Part shown: positions 1 through 16,801 of the stretch, in pieces
How the letters are laid out: every line of letters starts with the position of its first letter
Position numbering within the stretch: the first letter of the stretch is position 1
NCBI GenBank assembly: GCA_964016885.1
Contig: OZ024743.1
Location: forward strand, 302,746,001 to 302,810,000
Origin: Eledone cirrhosa
Taxonomy: Eukaryota
Reading direction: 5' to 3'
DNA: 64,000 nucleotides
Position numbers and translations under genes: made by a program
Notes under the pieces: model-generated
The model's database searches: none
What the model saw: only the letters and a program-made list of their open reading frames with translations
What the model was told of the DNA's origin: nothing

Positions 1-235
1 CCATTTCCATTATGCCAAACCCATGACTTCCAGATATCTGATCCACCGAAACTCAGCTGTTTCGGATCACACCAATATAAACATACTGATTGCGGACTTA
101 GTACGGGTGATGAGAAACGTGTCCCGCATGGGCAACCCCAAAAAACTACAGAGACACATACAACACATCATCCACCATATGCAGTTCTCAGGTTACAATC
201 AGAGAGATAAAATCAGAGTATATACAGGAATATGT
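1..235 (+). pseudogene. Fragment of a Penelope-like element, post-RT (thumb) region, truncated at (TA)n
   Basis: Frame reads HYAKPMTSRYLIHRNSA...LVRVMRNVS...MQFSGY, resembling the PLE 'Y.KP....Y.H..S.H' thumb region; it then runs into a TA microsatellite. Confidence 0.55.
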
Positions 236-284
236 AATATATATATATTTAATGTTTGCGTATACATCTATATAATGTCGTTAC

Positions 285-328
<44 letters not shown>

Positions 329-515
329 TACTGATAAAAAAACATGGAGATTTTCAATTGATTTCATAGAAAAATGTTCACATCATCCCCCAGTGTATCA
401 CTGGTACCCTGTATATCATATTAACCCCATTTACCACTGGTACCCGTGTATTAACCACAGAAAGTTGACCGGGATTTAAACTAAATATTTTGTCTGACGT
501 TCCACCGATTCTGTG

Positions 516-542
516 AATCGCTCATATATCTTCTAATAGCGT

Positions 543-635
<93 letters not shown>

Positions 636-748
636 CACACACAGACATATATAGAGAGAGGCAGCATTATATATATACACAGGGTGTCCCCAAAAGATGT
701 ATACACATTTATGATTATGTTAATCGCTCATATATCGTCTAATAGCGT

Positions 749-805
<57 letters not shown>

Positions 806-870
806 TATATAGAGGGAGGCAGCATTATATATATACACAGGGTGTCCCCAAAAGATGTATACACATTTAT
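516..870 (+). repeat. Local tandem duplication (2 copies) containing a (TA)n tract and a Tc1/mariner-like terminal sequence CAGGGTGTCCCCAAAAGATGTATACAC
   Basis: aatcgctcatatatc..taatagcgtcc(TA)n...gcagcattat...cagggtgtccccaaaagatgtatacacattta occurs at ~516-711 and ~722-869. Confidence 0.75.
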
Positions 871-1194
871 CTTCAAGATAGAAAAGAGTAATCAGTACTC
901 CACCAACATGCTAAAATAGAACATAAGGTAAAAATTAGAGAACATAGTAACAAAAATAAAATCTACACACAGAAAAGACGCACTGTTTAGACAAAACACA
1001 AAGGCAATAAACATAAATGAACTCCAACCAAAATTATATAGAAAAGATGAATGGATTAGCCACGTCACAGTTTACAATTAAGGACAAAATGAAAACACAC
1101 ACACATAGAACAAAGAACCAACCAGTAATATGTAAATAAACAAATAAAACACACACAGCCACCCGGATGTAACACATGCGCAAACTAAGCACAC

Positions 1195-1460
1195 AACGCA
1201 CACAAAAACAAGATGGTATAGGACAGAACAAAGGAGAGGCACAACACAAAGAAAACAATCCCCCGTAACTGAAGAGGTCACATAATATGTGACGAAAGAA
1301 CTTGGACAATATGTGAACAAACGTCCAGTTGTCGAACCATACAACCAACAGGAAATTTATAAATGTTTAAATTTATTATTTAATTCATGATAAATTGGAG
1401 TGGAAGCACTGGTGCGTGTGTTTCTTATTGGCAACATTACCCTCCGAAAGTATAACAATA
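1195..1460 (-). repeat. Dispersed repeat (probable PLE pLTR/3' region); inverted homolog at ~14338-14580
   Basis: Reverse complement of 1200-1350 and 1385-1460 matches 14440-14580 and 14338-14410. Confidence 0.65.
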
Positions 1461-1481
1461 TATATATATATATATATATAT

Positions 1482-2250
<769 letters not shown>

Positions 2251-2261
2251 TATATATATAT

Positions 2262-4240
2262 AAATTTGCACCAGTTCCAGGAAGACAGCCCTCCTTTTCG
2301 AGAACTCCAAGTGGATAAAGAGAACTGGCGACTCCCCCTTCGATGTCAGTATGAGCGCGACGACTCGGCCGGGGTGACCGATCTTATAGGATTATTCCTA
2401 CGATATATTACCTGATTTCGGCGGTGGATTGTACAGAGACGAAGGGCTATTCTCCTCAAAGTGTACAATCCCAGTAGTACAGACCGGGTCCGTAAAATAC
2501 TAATCAACGTCCCTAACCCGAATCAATTTCCTGGGCGTTACACTCAACCTGGAAAGTGATCTGTACTACCCATACAGGAAACCAAACAACAACCTGAACT
2601 GCATCCACCACCACTCTAACCTTCCTAGAAACATCACCAATAACCTGGTTAAAAACATCTCCCTCCGCATATATCATTTTTTCGCTAATGAGCAGATATT
2701 CGATGAAGATGCGCCTCATTACAATCTGACCCTCAAGCGAAGAGGCTTTCGGGAATAAATCTCCTTCTCTCCAACTTCCTTTAGCGGAACCAGCAAGCAT
2801 CCAACCGCTCATGCCGCGTGACGTGGTTTAACCGTCCCCACAATGCTGAGGTGGCAACACCTATCGGGAAAATCTTCTTTAGGCTCCTCGAAAAACACGT
2901 CCCACCACAACACGCTACCACAACATAATAAACAAAATCACTATGAAACTCTCCTGCAGCACCACACCCAACTTCGCACAAAACATCGCCTCCTCAAACA
3001 ACAATAAACTCAACCTCTATGGAGGAAACAACCTAGACATTAGTAGAGATCCGACCAGGAGGTGTAACGGCCCTGATAGATCTACGTGCCTCCTCAACAA
3101 CAGATGCCGAGAACGGAACCTGATCTACCAGTGCAACGTGAGGACGGAAAACTTCAGCAAAGCCTATATAGAATTAACCCCTTGCGACTTCAAGACACGG
3201 CTCTATCAACACCGATATGCGTTCCAAACCCCGCTCAATGACATGCCACTACCCTTTCGGGCCACATCTAGGACTTCCAAGATAGCAACATAACATACCA
3301 CCTTACTTGGAGCTTACTGTCCAGGGCTACCTCCTACACGGGAGGACGCCGTCCATGTAACTTATGCTCGGAAGAAACACTACAAATACTGTTTACGAAA
3401 AACCAACTTCTAAACAAAAGACACGAACTTGTAACTGCATGTAAACACCAATTGCGTAGGACTTACCTCGCCCTCAAACACCCTCATGACCCGGGTAGGT
3501 AGACAATGGCTGCAACATCCTTCTTTATCCCGCACACCCAACAAGATAGGGGAAACCCCAGCCTACATACGTATATCTACTTCTTTTGTTTTTGTTTTTC
3601 TTTTCTTCTTCCATTTATCTTTTCTTATCACTTCCTTCCACTCCTACTCCCCTTACTTTCCCTTTTTCCTCTTTCGCGTACCCCAAGGCAGCCCACCGAG
3701 CCTCTTTTGCCTCAGTAACCCCACTCCAGTACATTATATATAGCATTGATCGAACACGCAATACCAGCTCAAAATATAGCAACTGCTTTAGACTCTAGAG
3801 ATTCGTTTATATATTTTTACTATTTAATTTTATTATTTTTAATTTGTTTTATATATTATCTTTTAATCTCAATCTATTACACATTTATATAACGTCCCCG
3901 TCTCAGTGTCCTTTTTCGCCTGCTTCCTAATTAGCCTAATTTCATACACACTCCTCAGAATTTGCTATATAGAATTCATTTTCAACGCTTTAAGGACTCC
4001 ACCCACTCATTATTGTTCTACAGGCAAGTTCACGTCACCATAACCCCCACCCACTGCTATGAAAGATTTAATTATGTTTACAAGAAATGTTAACAATTCC
4101 TTTTGACAACTATATACTTCCCATATAAGGAATTACCCCTTGAAAAGTTCGGCTATTTATTACCACGCTAAACATTCTAATTTAGCCCAGCAATAGCCGT
4201 CGAAACGGCTTGAGCTCTGCAGTCGGGCTTTAACATTTTC
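2262..4240 (+). mobile_element. Degenerate 5'-truncated Penelope-like element (Naiad-like): RT C-terminal part, GIY-YIG endonuclease, 3' UTR/pLTR
   Basis: Broken frames give DVSM..DDSAGVTDLIG, GGLYRDEGL, VTWFN.P, and RCNGPDRSTCLLNNRC..NLIYQCNV...YIELT..DFKTRLYQH; homologous to the element at 26313-28722; bounded by (TA)n. Confidence 0.85.
4137..4227 (+). ncRNA. Hammerhead-like motif with U3-A8 core variant (TTGAAAA), long stem II
   Basis: ccc-TTGAAAA(4140)-g..cggctatt...aatagccg.c-GAAA(4202)-cggc..gcag-TC-ggg; homolog at 29552-29650 (-). Confidence 0.55.
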
Positions 4241-4258
4241 CTATATATATAGAGATAG

Positions 4259-6377
<2,119 letters not shown>

Positions 6378-6436
6378 ATTGGTCATTTGCAATACAAACA
6401 CTTATATGATTGTATTAGTGTTTATCATATATATTA

Positions 6437-6895
<459 letters not shown>

Positions 6896-6958
6896 TATGT
6901 GTATATATATATATTTATATATACATACATAATCGAAATTTACGGTATATATATATAC

Positions 6959-7061
<103 letters not shown>

Positions 7062-7144
7062 CAGGGAGTGTAGCATGAAGTTACTGTAGATTACCCCGGA
7101 TGAGCACTCATATGGCATGACAGACAGCCGACCGTGTTATTCTT

Positions 7145-8230
7145 CACTGGCAAGAAGTTAATTTACGTTTTCTAGTGTGAAATAAAAGTCATTTTACTTC
7201 ATACAGAGAATGAACTTTAATCCATTATGTATTTTCCATTTTATTTGATGACTTTATGCCATATTTCTGGCAACTTCATCATTCCCCACCTATAGAAGTT
7301 CTGGTCCTTACCAGCCAAACACTGAAGCAAGTGCGATTTGAGGTCATCATTGTTATTGAATGTTTTACAATTCAAAGCATTTTGCAAACTTCTAAATAAA
7401 TTGTGTTCTGATGGTGCAAGGTCAGGGCTATATGGGTACGTGAGACATCACTTCCCAACCAAGCTGCAATAATTGTTTCACGAGTTAACAAAGACGTGTG
7501 TGGTCCAGCGTTGTCATGCTGAACACGATTCCGTTACAATTTGCCAATTATGACCCTTTTTCTTTGATTGCTTCATCCAGTTTCATTAGTGGTTGACAGT
7601 AAACATCTGAATTTATATTTTGGTTCCTTGGAAGCAGCCCACAATACACAAAACCATTGTAATCCCTTCAAACTGACGGTATGATATTTCTTGATGCAAT
7701 TCATTTTTAGATGTGGTTTGTGCTGCTTCATTACTGTTGTTTGTGCTGATCATTTTCGATTGATGTTATTGTAGACATTCCATTTTTCGTCACCAGTGAC
7801 TATTCGTTTAAAAAAAGGTCGATTTCATTGCGCGTCAGATGCATATCGCAAATATTGAATTGCTGTGTTAAGTGAACCTCTTTCAATTTATTTGGAACGG
7901 AAATATCGAGCTTCTAAACGAGTTCAAGACATTTTACGTGATTTTCAATTGTCTGTGATACATTTAACCTCTCTGCAATCTCGCACATTTATAAGACAAT
8001 GAGATTTATTTATGGCTTTGATTCGGTCATCAACTTCCGTAGGTCGACAAGAACGCTGGTCATCATTGAGAGAAAACATTGCCAGAACGGAATTTTAAAA
8101 ACCATTTTTGACATAGCCTTTCTGTTAAGCAAGCATCACCATAAACTTCACAAAACATGGCGAAAATGTTGAATGTTGCACTTCACATTAAAATTTCGAA
8201 CGTGCACGTTGTGAAATTTCTGCAGAAAAA
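7145..8230 (-). mobile_element. Degenerate mariner DNA transposon (transposase pseudogene)
   Basis: Minus strand encodes RIVTGDEKW (~7780-7806), HDNAGPH (~7499-7519), YSPDLAPSE (~7406-7432) and the C-terminus KLPEIWHKVI..NGKYI; stops and frameshifts present. Confidence 0.9.
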
Positions 8231-8307
8231 TGTTTGATATATGCATATAACTTGAAATTGCATTCCAAAGAAGTTAACTCCGATGGATCCCTTAAGTCTC
8301 TCATCGG

Positions 8308-8435
8308 GATACTCCCTTGATAATGGGTTTTTAAATCCCCAAAATATTTGAGATCATTAAATTTACTGAGGTAAGATTGCTTTGTTATCTTAGCGATTTA
8401 ATTTTCTTTCTAATGCATTATTTGGTTTTCAAAAT
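8308..8435 (+). repeat. Dispersed repeat, homolog of 23352-23475 (probable PLE pLTR)
   Basis: tactcccttgataatgg...gtaagatt...tctaatgcatt...ttttcaaaat is shared by both sites. Confidence 0.65.
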
Positions 8436-9415
8436 GTGTGGTCCCTATTCAACAATGCTTCAAGCAATCTACAAAACTATAATATGTGTATATGTGTATA
8501 TATTATGTATGCCTTAATTCCTTTAAATCTTCAACACTCATTAACACACAAACCCCAGACATCCAAATCTCTCTTATATATAGAGTCACACATCACAACA
8601 CAACCTGATCTCAGTTTGACAATCGTCACCGACGAATCCGAGAATGTTCTCCTGGAAAGTTAACCAGGAATCATTAAAAATCTTCCTACCGAAGTTAACA
8701 AAGGACTTACTAGATCTACCAACTCATAATATTAGGAAATTAAATCCAATTATTTAGAACTACAAGTGAAGTCATACTTTTCCTTTTTTCAAATATATAA
8801 ACATTTATATATATATATATACTACTAAAGCCAAGTGATTGTTTGCTTGCTTGTTTGTAATGTAATACTGCCAAATGTGCGCATAAAGGGAAAATAATTT
8901 GAAAGGAAGTAGCCCTTGAGATGGGAATACAAATGGAATAAACAAGTTACGCGTAAATCGGAGCACGTGTTCCCGAGATATGGAATTTTTTCTTGGGTAC
9001 CTTCATAAACAGAGAGATAGAGAGAAAGAGATAGTAATTGTAAGAGAGTAGATTTAAAGAGAAACAAAGAAAGGGGGAGAGAAAGAGACAGCGAAGAAAA
9101 AGTGAAGAGAAAGAGAGGTGTTGTTTTAATGACATTACAACCGGTGTCTTCAAAGAAACGAATAAGGGTTTCTAAGTGTGTGTGCATATGTCTGAATGTC
9201 TGAATATATATATATATATCCGGGAGCGGAACTATTTGAATTTCGTCTCCTGCTGTCACGTAAATTTCTAAATCGGTAGCCAATCAGGAGACAGAATTGT
9301 GATGCGTTCAGATTCCAGTTACCAACATTTCACTGTGTTGGCCGTCACATACAGTCAAAGACACCACGGATTGGAGTCGAATTATGTCGATCGATTGGTT
9401 ATTGATCAGGCGAAA

Positions 9416-9530
9416 CCCGCTGATGAAGCCACATGCACCGATTGAGCATTGTTGCATAATATATGTGGACAGAGGATGAAGTGTACTCTTTTGCTCAATT
9501 AGCGTGGCCGAATGTCGAGTTGAGTTCGGG
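9416..9530 (+). ncRNA. Degenerate hammerhead motif in a pLTR-like repeat; second partial copy at ~9968-10040
   Basis: cccg-CTGATGA(9420)-agccac...gtggcc-GAAT...gagTT-cggg; the second copy keeps GAAActcgattaagtt. Confidence 0.45.
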
Positions 9531-10056
9531 AACAATTGAAGGTACCCGTTTACGTGCGCTGTGTCGCAGTGAATATAACACTATGTGTATATTCTTGGAC
9601 TTTTTTTAACGTTACCTATTGAGTACGCTGAGATGCAACCGGTCCTAGCAGTGATATCTATTCTAGGTCCGTCAACTATTATTGTTTTCTCCTAACTAGC
9701 AGATTAACAATGAAAGTAAGTTGAATAATTGTTCACATTCTTTATTGTTTTGTTTTAATTTACGCTCTAATAACTGTTATGAATCTTCTCACTCACTCAC
9801 CTATTGAAACGTACAATTTGTGAAATAAAATGGTTTACGCACGTGTTTGGTCGAAATATCTAGAATTATGACTCTAACCAGCGTGCGAACTCTACATCGC
9901 TGCCTAATCGCCGGTAGGCATTTAATGTCCGGAAAGTTTGTAGCCACTACCATTGTTACTGTCGCATGATATATGTGGACAGAGTGTGCTGTGCACTCTA
10001 TTACTGCATTAAGTGTGGCCGAAACTCGATTAAGTTCGGTGGTCTAATATATATAA

Positions 10057-10107
<51 letters not shown>

Positions 10108-13100
10108 AATATATAATTAACAGGCGAACCTTATCGAAAGGAATGGGCAGAGCTGCGGTCGTTTCCTGATTCATTAAGTTAATCTAATTAAGTTCGAATA
10201 ATAACGTTCAAATCCAACTGATTAGAATGCACAGATAAGATAATTAATGTGATAAAATTGCGGCTTAGAACTCGGGTGGTTCCAGGTTGTAACTCCTCGA
10301 AACATCTTTAGTGGTTTATGTGATATATATGATATGTTCATGTTTAATAAACATACAATGGTCTCGGTTTCAATATGTTAATTTCTGCTCTTATCACATA
10401 TATCTCAGTAGTCACTTAGATATTATAAATGAGCTGTTAGAGTTTTGTCCATCATCGGTGGGACTTACCTATTTTTTACTCTGAAAGTATTAGTTAAATC
10501 AATTTCATCTTTCTATTTCTGTTGTTTGTTGGGATGGGGGGTGGGGTGCGGGGGGGATAGGGTCGGAACATTTGCTGGATATGCTGATTTTCACATAATG
10601 CGGGCTATCGTGTCATTCTTCTTAAGTGTTGGCTATCCCGGGTTTCTCGTTTTGTTTTTCACCCAATAGCGGAGGAAATTATTTGAATGTAGAGATATTT
10701 GGCGAATAGGTATACTTGGCATAACCACTGATTATAACTAGCGTAATCAAGTACACATTGTCTATACAATTGTTTCGCACTTTCCATTAATATTATGTTT
10801 CTAATTGAGGAACAAATTCAGCAATATTTAGAGAAGTGAATGTCAAGTAAATGGCCCAAGTTCTTGACTTTTATTTTGTTTACTCGACGTCTGAACAAGA
10901 AAAGGGAAAGGGAAAGTTGACCTTGGCAGAATTGAACTGTATTATTCGACAGAAATAAGGCTTGGATTTTTTCTGACGCTGTGACGATTCTAAAATGTCC
11001 TGCCCTTCTTTTCATTAAAGCTTGATTCAAACCTGTGTGTTCCTCTTGCTCCTGGTTACCTTAGTATATGTTTGTGCACTCAGTGTATATTTATGTCAAA
11101 GCAAAATCATAAATTTCAAATACTAAAACAGAGTTTTCAGTTAATATTATTCCAGAGACTAATATATGTAGGTCACTGTCTCTGATTCTTGTTGAATAGA
11201 CTTCAGTGAGTAAAGATAGTGTTACTAGCACATACTATATGACATTTAACGGGGCATCAAAATGTAATAGGTCTTGTGGAAAATCAAATAGATTTACACT
11301 TGTGTCAAAATTTTACGATCAAATATAAATCGATGTATCAGAAAGTAATGTTAAGATGAATTTAAAAAATAATATAGAAAGTTATAAACATTGTTGAAGT
11401 ACTTTCGCTGTGTCTTAAAAATAATTCAGTGACAAGAAAATGTAACGCTAAGAAGCTAAATCGACAAGTTATGGCCTCAGAATGTAAACGGATGTAGCTA
11501 AATACCTATAAGATCAACGTATACCTCTTTCCCCATCACCACCCTTAGTATGTTAAATACAATTTGCAACTATTTAGGATATCAACACTTTCTTCAGTAT
11601 TTTAGTAACTGAAAACTAAACATTTCATAGATAGGAGTGCACAATGCAATGATGTATGCTTTCGTTTTCTATTTATATATGAGCCAAATCATTATTTATA
11701 CAGGAATCCCACATTCTTAAACGGAAAGTGAATCACATACTAGCCATGATTTCGTTTCAATTCCCTGTTGAGAACAGCTAAACAATAATTCTCTGAAGAT
11801 CGCTCTTGAAACATATTACACACGCATATTTGCCTCCAATATATCAAAGATAAACTTTATATTAGACATTCAAATTGAGCTATCATCAATCATCCTTAAT
11901 AATGTATTTATTCACATCTCTTTGCGAAACGTATTTTTGAACGTTATTCCTCTATGGTCAAAGAGAAACTGTGTAAATACGTATGTCATTGCCCTTACCA
12001 GGCAGGTAGACGAAAGTGGAAATCGTTAATTATGAGCTGATACATCAGCATCAACACTATGTATACCTAATTATATATATATAGTGAAGTTTATAAAGTT
12101 CATCGCCCGTAATGGGATATATTATAGCAGCCATTTGGAAATATCATTAGCTCATTTAATACTGAACGTTGATGAAGGCAGAACTATGATCTATTGGTAT
12201 TTATGAGGGATGATTATGCTATGTACTTTGAAGTCGTAGAATATATATTTTGCAATAGTTATCTAGCAGTAACGTCATAGGATTTAACTAAATTTATAAA
12301 TGTATACTATATCGTGTGTATGTGAATGACATTTGTTATATAATGTATAATAAAATATTTCATATTCTGAAGTATGATTATAACATAAATTATCTTTAGT
12401 GTTGGTGTTGATTAACACTTATTATATATACCGTACACATTCCGACGCATAACATACGTAACTTTATGTAACATATGTAACTTTACTATATATATCAAGT
12501 TCTATTTTCTATTAACTGAATTCACGTAGTGTTATGAAGAAATACATTGATGAAAACTTACTTTAATTCCAATAGAGTGAGATAAATTGCATTCGTAATA
12601 AATGTATACAAGCTTGACTGGAATTGATTTGCTGAAACTTATAACAGAATATACGGTTATAATTAAGCGTATTTTGAGAAAAAAGCGGGAAATTAAAAAG
12701 AAATATGTTATATGATATATAGTGACATTAAACGACAGAAACCTTTGTGAGTATTCTTCATATTTATTATGAACGTGTCTCAAAGATATTTTAGTGTAGC
12801 AATAAAATCAAAGTATTATTGGTGCTTAATCCGTTCAGAAGTCGTATATATCTGTTACCTGTGACCTGGAAAATCGAAGTCTAAATTTCGCACAATCCTA
12901 TATAGTGATATAGAAGTTGCAGATACTGTATGATGATTGGTTTGGATAATATTAACATTACCTATCTTCTTCTGGATTCAAATATTTGTTCCATCATTTA
13001 TATGTTGATAATTTAAACGGTAGCCAGAAATGTTGAAGTTGCAATTGATTATACCCATCACACATATATATTTCATTGCACGAATACGAGTTCTATGTAA

Positions 13101-13347
13101 TGTATATATTTAAACCAACTATTGTATATAAGCAAATTGGTCTTCTGAAGTTGAATATTTTCGGCTAAACTTCAGTAACAAATCAACAAAAGATGTGAAT
13201 GTTACTAGTAACAAGAAGGTTTGCATCACAGAATATGAAATCTCACATACGGATACACGAATATATGACTATATTGCTGTTAAATCATATATCTTAGATC
13301 GTCATTAAATATACAATGTTCTCATACATTACCTATTGCATATTTCA

Positions 13348-13418
<71 letters not shown>

Positions 13419-13479
13419 TCTCTCTCTCTTTCTCTCTCTCTCTTTATCTATATATTGTTGTATATATATATATATATAG

Positions 13480-13515
<36 letters not shown>

Positions 13516-13977
13516 TTATACATGTGCTCCGTGTGTGTGTGTGAATGTGTGTCTCGCTGCGTGATAGAACGATATATATATATAGAGAGAGTAATAAAAA
13601 CTCTCTGCATGTCTTTTCTATAACATATGAATTCGCATACTCTACCTAATAAAACTACTTTTAACTGAATAAATATGAGACACGATTATGACATAATAAT
13701 TATGACGATACTCAACAGGGGATTTAAATGTTCACCAGTTCATGGTTCATTAATTGACCCTACATTACTGTTGGCCCTACATTACTGTTGTTTCTACGTT
13801 ACATTTTTGAGCTATAATCATTGAATTATTTGAAGAGATATTAGGATATTTTCCACATGTATGTTAAACCAAAAGAAACGTGAATTGATGTTCAACGGAT
13901 CTTTATCCTCACTAATTTATTATTATTTTTAGCAATCATCACATTTTTTTTTTAGCCAGGCTAGTTCAACAAATCAT

Positions 13978-14280
13978 TCACACACACACATTCATATGCA
14001 TATGCACACAATTATACACACAGCATACACACTCACGCACACACATACACACACACAAACACACACACACAAACACACAAACACACACATACATATACAC
14101 ACACACATAGACACACACACACAAACACACATACACACCCACACAACGAACACAACCACACACACATACACACACACGCACAAATGCACATACACACACA
14201 CACAAACACAAACACATACACACACGTACACACTCACATAAACACACACACACAAACAAACACACACACACACATATATA
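13978..14280. repeat. Degenerate (CA)n microsatellite
   Basis: Visible CA/CACATA repeat. Confidence 0.9.
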
Positions 14281-14969
14281 ATTCGTTTTTGAAGTTTTTT
14301 TGCGAGGTTTCTTATCTGAAAACGTGTGTTGAAACAGATATTGTTATACTTTGCGAGGGTCATGTTGCCCAATACAACAAACGCACCTGCTGGATTTCAC
14401 TTCAATTTATTATAGATTTCCGATTGGTTGGTTTGTTGGTTGGATGGTTCGATAACCGGAGGGTTGTTTATATATATTCAAACCTCTTTCATCACACATT
14501 CTGTGACATCCTCACTGACTAGGTTTTTTATTTTGTGTACCTCCTTTGTTCTGTCCCACACCATCTTGTTTTTGTGTGTAAATATATGTTCTATGTTTAC
14601 AGGAAATAAGTCCAATCGGTTCGTTGTAACTTATTCTATTTTCTCCTCGATTACTCACTTGCATGTGCCATTGTCCTCTGTCCCCCCTCATTTCGGTTTG
14701 TTTATTTCGTTTTTATCTCTCCCTTTTCTCTTTCTCATCCTTTTCTTTTCTTTCCGTAATGGCCTTTTGATTGATAAAAGGGCTTGGGCGCTCCTTATCG
14801 ATTTCGATGTCCTGTTTTAAGCGCCGAAATTTCTATGATCCGAAGTTACCAGCTGATGAAGGGTTTCTTCTCTTGTTTACTTCTATATTACCATCTTTCA
14901 CTTTGTTTACAGGAAGCACACAGCCTGCTTCGTTTCTTGTAATTATATATATATATATATATATACACA

Positions 14970-15700
14970 CAAATATAATTTCAGCGAGATCGTATTTTGG
15001 CGGGGGCCAAAATCAAAGCGAAACGCAATCTTCGAGATACACAGCAAGCGCTCAATGGACTAAAACAAGACCAGAGCAATTAACATATGTTATAGGGGCC
15101 AGTCAAAATGAAAACAGTGGTCGTGAGGCTATCAGCCCCCGGAGCCAAAAATACGAAGCAAACTAAGTAGGTTAACAAAATAATTTACCTGGACCTCCTG
15201 GAAATTGGTGGTAGAATCCAGTGGGAGGTTCTGTGATTGCTAAATCAATTATACTGCAAGCTTTCTTTGCAAACTTTTGGTATAACGATCGAACAAGGCA
15301 GCCATTTCGTCAACAGGTATTTCATCAACAGTTATTTTGTTCTCAGCCGGCCAGCGGGTTCCAATTGGTGGAGTGACTACCCCTCGTGTTTACCCTGCAG
15401 TGAGGTAAACCCGGTTTTTGGCAGATGCATTCAAAATGTGTAAATGTATTGCAAAAATTGTAAAAAACTGCACAAATCGAAGTAAGCGCTCGACCGGGTT
15501 GTTTTTACATAAACTTAAGCAATTAATCAGTCAATAGAATTGTCGAATTGAATTAACTAATTAATAGCTAGGCCTGTGAGATTAATACACATATAATTTC
15601 AGCGAGATCGTATTTCGGCGGTGGCCAAAAACAAAACGAAACGCAATCTTCGAGAAATGCGGCAAGCGCTTAATGGACTAAAAGAAGACCAGAGCAATAT
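14970..15700. repeat. Repeat element with ~110-bp direct repeats at ~14973-15080 and ~15592-15698
   Basis: ataatttcagcgagatcgtattt.ggcgg.ggccaaaa..aaa.cgaaacgcaatcttcgaga...gaccagagcaat occurs twice. Confidence 0.7.
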
Positions 15701-16124
15701 ATATATATATAATGGTTTGTTTAAAACAACAGGAGGCAGGACTGCGAATGATCCTTGAAAGTTAATTGTTACAAAAACACAACATATATTTTAATGTCTC
15801 TGTTACGTAAGATCCTTGGCAAAATCTTCTGGTTCAGATGCATTATTAGTTAATCAATAAAGGAATGACCGCATACATGAGTAGAAAAAAAAACTTTCAT
15901 GGCCTGCGATCTAGGTGTTATCTTTTTCGCAGACAATACCGTAATTTAATTAAACACATATATATATATATATACATTTCGAGTATATGTTGGTTGTATA
16001 CCAACACCTCAGTATGCAGATTGGAGCACTCGACGAAGTGCGCAAGTTTGTTTGGTTACTCCGGAGTAATGTAAAATAAAATAAAATAAACAATTCAAAT
16101 GTTTAAAATTTGGCTTCGTTTATT

Positions 16125-16179
16125 AATGCTATATATATTTCGGTGACAGCCATCTTTGGTTGTGACCTCTTCAGGCAGT
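16125..16179 (-). ncRNA. Type I hammerhead motif (left-arm copy)
   Basis: Minus strand: actgc-CTGAAGA-ggtcacaacc...ggctgtcacc-GAAA-tatata-TA-gcatt. Confidence 0.7.
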
Positions 16180-16409
16180 CCGAATTTGTGTGGTAGAGAA
16201 GAGTATACATGTTGTTGAGGTGTTTTATTTTGTCAATACTCTGATATGCCCAGTTCCTGGTTGGGTTGTTATTTCACTGAGGAACTGGAATCATATGATT
16301 CCAGTTCCTCAGTGAAATAACAACCCAACCAGGAACTGGGCATATCTGTGTATTGACGAAGTTAAACACCTCAACAATATGTGTACCCGTCTCTACCACA
16401 CTAATTCGG

Positions 16410-16464
16410 ACTACCTGAAGAGGTCACAGCCAAAGATGGCTGTCACCGAAATATATATAGCAGT
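16410..16464 (+). ncRNA. Type I hammerhead motif (right-arm copy), followed by AATAAA
   Basis: actac-CTGAAGA(16415)-ggtcacagcc/ggctgtcacc-GAAA(16448)-tatata-TA-gcagt; palindromic stem III. Confidence 0.75.
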
Positions 16465-16666
16465 AATAAACGAAGCCAAATTTTAAACATTTGACTTATT
16501 TATTTTATTTTATTTTATATATATATATATATATATAGTAAGGTGCATTATTGGTTGTGTAAAATGTTCCAATAACTTTATGTCAGCAATATTAAGTTCT
16601 CCACGCTTTTGTATATCTCCAATTCCATTCAAGGGAACATCTAGATGATGTAAAACGGAGTATAAG

Positions 16667-16749
16667 TATCAAAATGAAAATCTGAAGGCATTGAAACATG
16701 TTTCGTGATTAAATGATTGGAATGTTTCCATGCCTTCGGATTTTCATTT

Positions 16750-16754
<5 letters not shown>
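16667..16754. repeat. Small hairpin / mini-MITE with ~33-bp inverted arms
   Basis: tatcaaaatgaaaatctgaaggcattgaaacat ... atgtttccatgccttcggattttcattttgata. Confidence 0.7.

Positions 16755-16801
<47 letters not shown>

Larger units (their letters stand above)
16072..16517. mobile_element. Spacerless ~446-bp palindrome formed by an inverted PLE pLTR pair
   Basis: Symmetry centre cat|atg at 16294/16295; each arm carries a hammerhead motif. Confidence 0.85.

Noticed and set aside
14760-14935. TTGATAA..ggcgc/gcgcc-GAAA and CTGATGA motifs as further hammerheads
   Set aside because: Stems I and III could not be paired convincingly; too decayed.
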